Shown: piece after piece, positions 57,302 to 64,000 of the stretch
How positions within the stretch are numbered: the stretch's first letter is position 1
Layout of the letters: each line of letters starts with the position of its first letter
From: Candidatus Spongiisociaceae bacterium
GTDB lineage: Bacteria; Actinomycetota; Acidimicrobiia; Spongiisociales; Spongiisociaceae
Assembly: GCA_965202665.1 (NCBI GenBank)
Contig: OZ241841.1
Coordinates: forward strand, 1,344,001-1,408,000
DNA: 64,000 bases
Direction of reading: 5' to 3'
The notes under the pieces: generated by a model
What the model was told of the DNA's origin: nothing
Seen by the model: the letters and a program-made list of their open reading frames with translations, nothing else
Database searches by the model: none
Program-made: the position numbers and the translations under genes

Positions 57302-58744
57302 CTAGCTGGCGGGCCAGGATTCTTCGATGGCGGTGGTGGCTTCTTCGGCTGTTTTGTCGCCGTTGACGGCGCTGGTGGCTTCGGTCCAGAAGGTGCCTGC
57401 TCCTACCGCGGAGGGCATCAGGTCGGATGCGTCGAAGCGTACGACTTCGGCGTTGAACAGGATGTCCAGGAAGGATTGTTCCAGCGGCTGGTACAGTTCC
57501 AGGTTGGCGTTGCGGTTGGGCGACAGGAAGCCGCTCAGCACCGGGTCGTCGCTGTCGCCGGCTTTGATGGTGGCTTGGAACCGTTGCCGGTTGTCGGCGT
57601 ATTCCGGTGAAGCGAAGTATTTCATCACTTCCCATACTTCCGGGGCGTCCCGGAAGGCGGCCACCAACGTTCCGGCGCCGAGCACCGGCCGGTCGCCGGT
57701 CACCGACGGGAAGTAGAACACGTCCACTCCCTCCGGGCCGAACGCGGTTCCCTCCGGGAAGAAAGCGGAGAAGAAGGAGGCCTGCCGGTGCATCATGCAT
57801 TCCCCGTTCACCAGCGGCGGGCCGTTGTCCCCGAAGAAGGTGGAGGATATGGATCCGCCTACCGCGAACACCGCGCCGGGGGTGTTCCACAAGTCCAGGA
57901 TTTCCTGCCAGATGGCGTTCATTTCCGGGTTGTTGAAGGGGATGGAATGGTCCACCCACTGGTCGTAATACTCGGCTCCCTGATAACGCAAGGTCAGGTC
58001 CTCCACCCAGTCGGTGAAAGTCCACCCGGTGGCCCCGCCGGATTCGATGCCCACGCACCACGGGGTGTTCCCGTCGGCGATCATCTGGTTGCTCAAAGTT
58101 TTCAGTTCCTCCCAAGTTTCGGGAACCTCATAGCCGTTGACCGCGAAATCCGCCGGGCGGTACCACACCAGCGACTTCAAGTCGGCTTTGGTGGGAATGG
58201 CGTACTGCACATCGTCCACGTTCCCGAACGCGTTCCACGCGCCGCCGATGTTGGCTTCCATAGCCTCCACCACGTCATCCGGCAACGGCTGCAGGAAACC
58301 CTCCCGGGCGAAGTCGGCGATCTTCCCCGGCTGCGGGAACACCGCAATATCCGGCGGGTTCCCCCCCGCCGCCTGCGCGTTGATCAAATCAGAGAAACCC
58401 CGCAAACCGGTGTACTCAATATCAATACCGGTCCGGGCCTCCAAATAATCCAAAGCCGCCGACTGCGAACCCCCCTCCGCGTTGGAACTCTCCGGACCAA
58501 ACACCGTCACCGAAGTACCCTCAAACGGATTCTCGGCCTGCACTTCTACTTCCCGGATGACCTCCACCTCCGAGGTTACGGTTTCGATCACCTGCGAAGT
58601 GACCACCACCGTATCGCCGGCGATTTCCCGCTCGACTATGGAAGTGACCACCACCGTCTCCGGCGTGCTCTCGCCGCCGCAGGCGGCCGCCAGCAGTCCC
58701 AGCGCCCCCAAGATCGCCGTTAGGCGAAACATTCGTCCTCGCAT
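57302..58744 (-). CDS. Sugar (alpha-glucoside-type) ABC substrate-binding lipoprotein
   Basis: AAGGAGG SD; lipobox LAAAC; PPDIAVFPQPG, KSLVWY, WCVGIESGGATGW, RFDASDLMP. Confidence 0.9.
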   Translation of the reverse strand: MRGRMFRLTAILGALGLLAAACGGESTPETVVVTSIVEREIAGDTVVVTSQVIETVTSEVEVIREVEVQAENPFEGTSVTVFGPESSNAEGGSQSAALDYLEARTGIDIEYTGLRGFSDLINAQAAGGNPPDIAVFPQPGKIADFAREGFLQPLPDDVVEAMEANIGGAWNAFGNVDDVQYAIPTKADLKSLVWYRPADFAVNGYEVPETWEELKTLSNQMIADGNTPWCVGIESGGATGWTFTDWVEDLTLRYQGAEYYDQWVDHSIPFNNPEMNAIWQEILDLWNTPGAVFAVGGSISSTFFGDNGPPLVNGECMMHRQASFFSAFFPEGTAFGPEGVDVFYFPSVTGDRPVLGAGTLVAAFRDAPEVWEVMKYFASPEYADNRQRFQATIKAGDSDDPVLSGFLSPNRNANLELYQPLEQSFLDILFNAEVVRFDASDLMPSAVGAGTFWTEATSAVNGDKTAEEATTAIEESWPAS

Positions 58745-59018
58745 TGCATCCTCCTTAAAACCAGATGGCTTGTCAGTGCGGGCGGGGCGGCCTTGCCAGC
58801 CCGGATGGCCGGGATGGGCCGGGCCTGATGTATTTCCCAGGTTCCGTTCCGGTTGCCTCCGCCCATTCCGCGGGACGAACGGGCGGATGACCTCGTTCGT
58901 CCATCGGAAACACATATAGCTAGTCGGATATTTGAAAAAGCGCAATTCGGCGGGGGAAAATTATCCCCCTGTTTCCGCTATAATAGGGGTTTCGCCCCCG
59001 ACTTTGGAGAGTGTCAAA

Positions 59019-60485
59019 ATGCCCAACCAACCCGGCGCGCCCCTCGAATACAAGGTGGCCGACCTCGGCTTGGCCGAACGGGGACGCACTGAAATCCGGT
59101 TGGCCGAACACGAAATGCCCGGATTAATGGCTTTGCGGGAGCGCTATGCGGGGCAACGTCCGCTGGCCGGGGCCCGCATTTCCGGGTCGTTGCATATGAC
59201 GGTGCAGACCGCGGTGTTGATCGAAACCCTGGCCGCCCTCGGCGCCGAGGTGCGGTGGGCCTCCTGCAACATTTTCTCCACCCAGGACGAGGCGGCGGCG
59301 GCGGTGGCGGTGGGGCGCCCCGAAACCGGCGGAACCCCCGACGACCCGCGCGGCATTCCGGTGTTCGCCTGGGAGGGGGAAACCTTGGAGGAATACTGGT
59401 GGTGCACCGACCGGATGCTGGAATGGGAGGGAAGCGACGGCCCCACCCTGATAGTGGACGACGGGGGGGACGCCACTTTGCTGGTGCACAAAGGGGCCGA
59501 ATACGGGCGGCTGGGGGCGGTCCCCTCCCACGACCCCGGCTCCGAGCCGGAAGAATGGGGGGTGATCCTGGACCTGTTGCGGGAGCGCCTGGCCGCGGAC
59601 GATCAATATTTTGTCCGGATGGCGGGCGGGGTGCGGGGGGTGAGCGAGGAAACCACCACCGGGGCGCGCCGCCTCTACCAGATGGAAAAAGCGGGGGAGT
59701 TGCTGTTTCCGGCCATGAACGTGAACGATTCCATCACCAAATCCAAGTTCGACAACGTGTACGGGTGCCGGCACAGCGTAATCGACGGGTTGAACCGGGC
59801 CACCGACGTGATGCTGGCCGGCAAAACGGCGGCGGTGGCCGGCTTCGGGGAGGTGGGCAAAGGATGCGCGTCCGCCCTGCGGGGCCAGGGATGCCGGGTG
59901 GTGGTGGCCGAAGTGGACCCCATTTCCGCCCTGCAGGCGGCGATGGAAGGCTACGAGGTGAACACCATGGACGAAATGGCGGGCCGGGCCGATATTTTCA
60001 TCACCGCCACCGGCAGCCGGGACGTGATCACGGTGGAGCACCTGTCCCGGATGAAGGACAAGGCCATCGTGGGCAACATCGGCCATTTTGACAACGAGAT
60101 CGACATGGCCGGTTTGAAAGCCGTCCCGGGGATTGTCCGCAACCGCATCAAGCCCCAGTACGACGAGTACGTGTTCCCTGAGGGGCGGTCGGTGCTGGTG
60201 CTGGCCGAAGGGCGCTTGCTCAACCTGGGATGCGCCACCGGCCACCCCAGTTTCGTGATGTCCGCCTCTTTCTCCAACCAGGTGCTGGCCCAGCTGGACT
60301 TGCACCGCAACGCCGACCAGTATCCGCCGTCGGTGCGGCGCCTGCCCCGGGAGTTGGACGAGGAGGTGGCCCGCCTGCATTTGGATCATCTGGGGGCCAA
60401 GTTGACCGCGCTGACCAAACAGCAGGCCGACTATCTGGGCGTGAACCCGGAAGGCCCCTTCAAAACCGACGACTACCTGTATTAG
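59019..60485 (+). CDS. ahcY: S-adenosylhomocysteine hydrolase
   Basis: [43 protein letters not shown]. Confidence 0.97.
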   Translation: MPNQPGAPLEYKVADLGLAERGRTEIRLAEHEMPGLMALRERYAGQRPLAGARISGSLHMTVQTAVLIETLAALGAEVRWASCNIFSTQDEAAAAVAVGRPETGGTPDDPRGIPVFAWEGETLEEYWWCTDRMLEWEGSDGPTLIVDDGGDATLLVHKGAEYGRLGAVPSHDPGSEPEEWGVILDLLRERLAADDQYFVRMAGGVRGVSEETTTGARRLYQMEKAGELLFPAMNVNDSITKSKFDNVYGCRHSVIDGLNRATDVMLAGKTAAVAGFGEVGKGCASALRGQGCRVVVAEVDPISALQAAMEGYEVNTMDEMAGRADIFITATGSRDVITVEHLSRMKDKAIVGNIGHFDNEIDMAGLKAVPGIVRNRIKPQYDEYVFPEGRSVLVLAEGRLLNLGCATGHPSFVMSASFSNQVLAQLDLHRNADQYPPSVRRLPRELDEEVARLHLDHLGAKLTALTKQQADYLGVNPEGPFKTDDYLY

Positions 60486-62035
60486 CGGCGCAGGACCCGC
60501 CCGGCGGAAACGTCGGCCAGCCGTCCGTCGGCGATGGCCGCCCGCCCGTTGACGAACGCGTATTCCACGCCCGCCGCCAAAGCCCGCCCGTTGTCGAAGT
60601 CGGCCCGGTCTTGGATTAGTTCCGGGCGGAACACCAGCAGGTCCGCCGCCCGGCCGGGGGCTATTTCCCCCCGGTCGGCCAGGCGGTAGCGGTCGGCGGG
60701 GACGCCGGTCATGCGATGGACGGCTTCTTCCAAACTGAGCCACCGTTTTTCCCGCACCGCGTAGGCCAGCATGCGGGCGTGGGCCCCGAACCCCCGGGGA
60801 TGGGGGCGCCCGCCCCGGTAGAGCCCGTCCGACCCGACCATTCCCAGCGGATGGGTGAGGGCCCGGCGCAGTTTCCCTTCGTCGTCCCATCGGTAGATCA
60901 TCAGAACCCGCAACCGGCATTGGGCCAGCAGTTCGCACACCGCCTCCCCCAAAGGTTTTCCCATACGCTCCGTTATTTCGGTCAAAGGCCGTCCCTCCAG
61001 GTCACGGTGGGGCCCCTCCGGCAGGGCGGAGAACACGGCCCGGCCGGGATGGGGGGTGAAGGTGCGGAAGAAAGATTCGATATGGGGGGCGGCCGCGGCC
61101 TGCGTTTCCGGGTCGGACAGGTTCTGGATGATTCGGCGCGGCGGCCCCCGGTCCAGCCAATGGGGGAGGCAGAACCCCAGATGGCTGCTGGCCGCCATAT
61201 AGGGGTAGGCGTCGAAGGCGATGTCCGTTCCCGCCTGATGGGCGCGGCCCAGGGTTTCATACAGGGCGTCCGAGCCGAACAGGTGGGAGATGCGCACCGC
61301 CACATCCGCTTCCCGGCCCACCCGCAGGGCTTCGGCGACGCCGGCTTCCACATCCCCCCGAATGCCCCGCACGTGGGAGACGTAAGCCCCGCCGTAGGAA
61401 GCCGCCGTGCGGGCCGTCGCCGCCAACTCTTCGAAAGAGGCGTGTCCGGCCGGGTGGTAGTCCAGCCCGGTCTGCAGGTCGCGGGCCCCCTGTTCCATAG
61501 CTTCCCGGGTCAAATCCCGCATGCGGCGGATTTCCTCCTGGGAGGCCGGGCGGGGATCCCAGCCGACAGCTTCCGCCCGGATGGCGTTGAAACCGGCCTG
61601 CGGAACCAGGTTGATCCCGATCCGCCCGTCGAACAGGGCCAGATATTCGGCCAGGTTGTCCCATTTCCAGTCCGGCTCCGGGGCTCCGTTGAACACTTCC
61701 AGGTAGGCGGCCATCTCCGCCCGGCGGGCCGGGGAGAGGGGGGCGTAGGCGAACCCGTCCGGGGACATCAGGTCGGTGGTGACCCCCTGCCGCAACCGGG
61801 CTTCCGCGCAGTCCCCCCGCAACAGCCCGAATTCGGAATGGGAGTGGACGTCGATGAAGCCGGGGCAGACGGCGCGGCCCCGGGCGTCGACGGCGCGCCG
61901 CGCCGCGGGCCGCTCCCCGCCCAAGTTCCGCTCCACCAAGAGGATGCGGTCCCCGGCCAAGCCCACATCGGCCCGGAACGGGGGTTTCCCCGTCCCGTCT
62001 ACCACCTCCCCTCCGGCGATCAGCCAGTCCAACAT
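60482..62035 (-). CDS. N-acyl-D-amino-acid deacylase family amidohydrolase
   Basis: [33 protein letters not shown]. Confidence 0.88.
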   Translation of the reverse strand: MLDWLIAGGEVVDGTGKPPFRADVGLAGDRILLVERNLGGERPAARRAVDARGRAVCPGFIDVHSHSEFGLLRGDCAEARLRQGVTTDLMSPDGFAYAPLSPARRAEMAAYLEVFNGAPEPDWKWDNLAEYLALFDGRIGINLVPQAGFNAIRAEAVGWDPRPASQEEIRRMRDLTREAMEQGARDLQTGLDYHPAGHASFEELAATARTAASYGGAYVSHVRGIRGDVEAGVAEALRVGREADVAVRISHLFGSDALYETLGRAHQAGTDIAFDAYPYMAASSHLGFCLPHWLDRGPPRRIIQNLSDPETQAAAAPHIESFFRTFTPHPGRAVFSALPEGPHRDLEGRPLTEITERMGKPLGEAVCELLAQCRLRVLMIYRWDDEGKLRRALTHPLGMVGSDGLYRGGRPHPRGFGAHARMLAYAVREKRWLSLEEAVHRMTGVPADRYRLADRGEIAPGRAADLLVFRPELIQDRADFDNGRALAAGVEYAFVNGRAAIADGRLADVSAGRVLRR

Positions 62036-62105
62036 TTTTTTACCATACCCACCCGACGGGGCGGCCGGTCCGGGAACGGGCCGGAGGCGGGGTAGGATCG
62101 GGGAC

Positions 62106-63773
62106 ATGAGTTTCATCCGGGTGGCCGGGGCGCAAATCAATCTGCGGGTCGGCGACCTGGAATACAACGAGGCCCGCATCGCGGAGGCGATGGAGTGGGC
62201 GGAGGGGGAGCGGGCCCGCCTGTTGCTGTTGCCGGAACTGGCCGTGTGCGGCTACCCCCCCGAGGATCTGGTGTTGCGCTCCGCTTTTTTGGAGGCCAAC
62301 CGGGAGGTCGTCGACCGCTTGGCCCGCCGGGCGGGGGAGACGGCGACGGTGGTCGGTTTCGCTGAACCCCTCCCTCCTTTCGCCTCCGCCCACCGGGGGG
62401 CCCCGGACGCGGTGGAGCGGCGCGTTGCCAACGCCGCCGCCCTGTTGCGCCGGGGGCGGACGGTCGGGGTCTACCGCAAAGTGATGCTCCCCAACTACGG
62501 AGTGTTCGACGAAGACCGGCATTTCGCGCCCGGTTCCGCTCCGGACGCGGTGTGGGAGATAGGCGGGATGAAGGTGGGGGTTTCCATCTGCGAGGACATC
62601 TGGGTGGAGGACGGCCCCCCCGCCCGCCAGGCGGCGGCAGGGGCGCAACTGCTGGTCAACATCAACGGCTCCCCCTATCAAATCGGCAAACCGGCCCAAC
62701 GGATGGGGCACGTCCGGCGGCAAGCGGAGCGCTCCGGCCTGCCGGTGGTCTATTTGAACCTGGTGGGCGGCCAAGACGAGTTGGTCTTCGACGGGGCTTC
62801 GCTGGCGGTGGGCGGCGACGGGCGGCTCCTATACCGGGCCCCCTCTTTTGCGGAAGAACATTTCACGGTGGACGTCCCCATCGGCGGCGGGGAAAGCCGG
62901 GAGGCGTCCGGTTCCTCCCCGCAACTGGAGACGAACGAGGAGATTTACCGGGCTCTAACCCTCGGTTTTGGCGATTATGTGCGAAAAAACGGGTTTGAGA
63001 AGGTGATTGTGGGGTTGTCAGGCGGAATAGATTCGGCTCTGACGGCGACGGTGGCCGCGGACGCCCTCGGCCCGGAGGCGGTGCGGGGGGTGACCATGCC
63101 TTCCCGGTTTTCTTCGCCCGGTTCGGTCGGCGACTCCCGGGAGTTGGCGCGGCGGCTGGGAATCCGGCTGGACGAAATTCCGATTGCCGACCTGTTCGCA
63201 ACCTATCAAACTACATTGGAGGAGGTGTTCGCCGGAACCGAATTCGGAGTGGCCGAAGAGAACCTGCAGTCCCGCATTCGGGGGGCCCTGCTGATGGCCC
63301 TGTCCAACAAGTACGGGGAGATGGTGGCCGCCACCGGCAACAAGTCGGAGATGGCGGTGGGCTACGCCACCCTCTACGGGGATCTGGCGGGCGGGTTCGC
63401 GGTCCTGAAAGACGTTTTCAAAACCAAAGTGTACGAGTTGGCCCGCTGGCGCAACCGCCGGGGGGAGGCGATTCCGGAGGCCGTCCTCTCCAAGCCCCCT
63501 TCGGCCGAGTTGCGGCCCGGCCAGTTGGACACCGACAGCCTGCCCCCCTACGAAGTACTGGACCCCATCTTGGCCGCCTACATTGAAGAGGACCGGTCGG
63601 TGGGGGACATAGCGGCGGCGGGAGCGGACCGGGAACTGGCGCAACGGGTGGCCGGGTTGGTGGACCGCAACGAATACAAGCGGCGCCAGGCCCCGCCGGG
63701 AGTGAAAATCACCGCCAAGGCCTTCGGGCGGGACCGCCGCTTGCCGATAACCAACGGTTGGCGAAAGGGTTGA
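62106..63773 (+). CDS. nadE: Glutamine-dependent NAD+ synthetase
   Basis: PEL..GYPPEDL, K..LPNYGVFDE, ICEDIW, GLSGGIDS, TGNKSE, SAELRP.Q.D. Confidence 0.96.
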   Translation: MSFIRVAGAQINLRVGDLEYNEARIAEAMEWAEGERARLLLLPELAVCGYPPEDLVLRSAFLEANREVVDRLARRAGETATVVGFAEPLPPFASAHRGAPDAVERRVANAAALLRRGRTVGVYRKVMLPNYGVFDEDRHFAPGSAPDAVWEIGGMKVGVSICEDIWVEDGPPARQAAAGAQLLVNINGSPYQIGKPAQRMGHVRRQAERSGLPVVYLNLVGGQDELVFDGASLAVGGDGRLLYRAPSFAEEHFTVDVPIGGGESREASGSSPQLETNEEIYRALTLGFGDYVRKNGFEKVIVGLSGGIDSALTATVAADALGPEAVRGVTMPSRFSSPGSVGDSRELARRLGIRLDEIPIADLFATYQTTLEEVFAGTEFGVAEENLQSRIRGALLMALSNKYGEMVAATGNKSEMAVGYATLYGDLAGGFAVLKDVFKTKVYELARWRNRRGEAIPEAVLSKPPSAELRPGQLDTDSLPPYEVLDPILAAYIEEDRSVGDIAAAGADRELAQRVAGLVDRNEYKRRQAPPGVKITAKAFGRDRRLPITNGWRKG

Positions 63774-63778
63774 ACGAA

Positions 63779-64000
63779 ATGGACGAGGTTTTGGGCCCGG
63801 TTTTGCGCAACGGCGCCCCGGCGGAGGCGGCGATGCCCATCTGGGATCCGATCGTGGTGCGGGGGGACGGCTGCTTTGAGGCCCTGCGTTCCTACGGGGG
63901 CCGCCTGTTCGGGCTGGACGACCACCTGGACCGGCTGGCCGCCTCCGCCGCCGCCTTGGACATCGCCCTGCCTTCCCTGGAAAAAGTGGGGCGGTGGGCC
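63779..64000 (+). CDS. Class IV aminotransferase, 5' part
   Basis: RGDGCFEALRSYGGRLFGLDDHLDRLAASA. Confidence 0.8.
   Translation, partial: MDEVLGPVLRNGAPAEAAMPIWDPIVVRGDGCFEALRSYGGRLFGLDDHLDRLAASAAALDIALPSLEKVGRWA

Noticed and set aside
58745-59018. SAH/SAM riboswitch or LacI operator upstream of ahcY
   Set aside because: The leader after TATAAT (58979) is only about 30 nt and no consensus could be matched confidently
59124-60938. Long antisense/alternative-frame ORFs here and throughout the window
   Set aside because: Expected shadows of high-GC coding sequence; no motifs and they overlap well-supported genes

Overview
High-GC bacterial chromosome segment spanning the replication origin. 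The gene order suggests Actinomycetota, possibly Acidimicrobiia (inference). Core content: dciA-recF-dnaN-oriC-dnaA / rpmH-rnpA-yidD-yidC-jag-parS-parAB, trxAB with an ECF sigma/anti-sigma/pseudokinase block, mgtE, greA, a selenocysteine-containing selD (in-frame UGA missed by the ORF track), an FtsH-like AAA protease, a caa3-type oxidase operon, an alpha-glucosidase with a sugar ABC transporter, ahcY and nadE. Three AT-richer inserts stand out: a higBA-type toxin-antitoxin pair, a DUF4062/ATP-binding gene and a ~7 kb cassette inside a defence locus. The main candidate for a new system is 33.7-49.7 kb. An SspABCD-type single-strand phosphorothioation module is followed not by sspE or sspFGH but by an alphaCTD-sigma4-wHTH protein and a PbeABCD-like quartet (HKD nuclease-SF2 helicase, small protein, CxC Rad50-like ATPase, small protein). 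The locus ends in a chimeric SspB::SspC-fragment paralog. Its first sspB is frameshifted at a G11 tract, a possible phase-variation switch or an assembly error. No tRNA, rRNA, CRISPR array, integrase or transposase was recognised. All family calls come from motifs read by eye, not from database searches.
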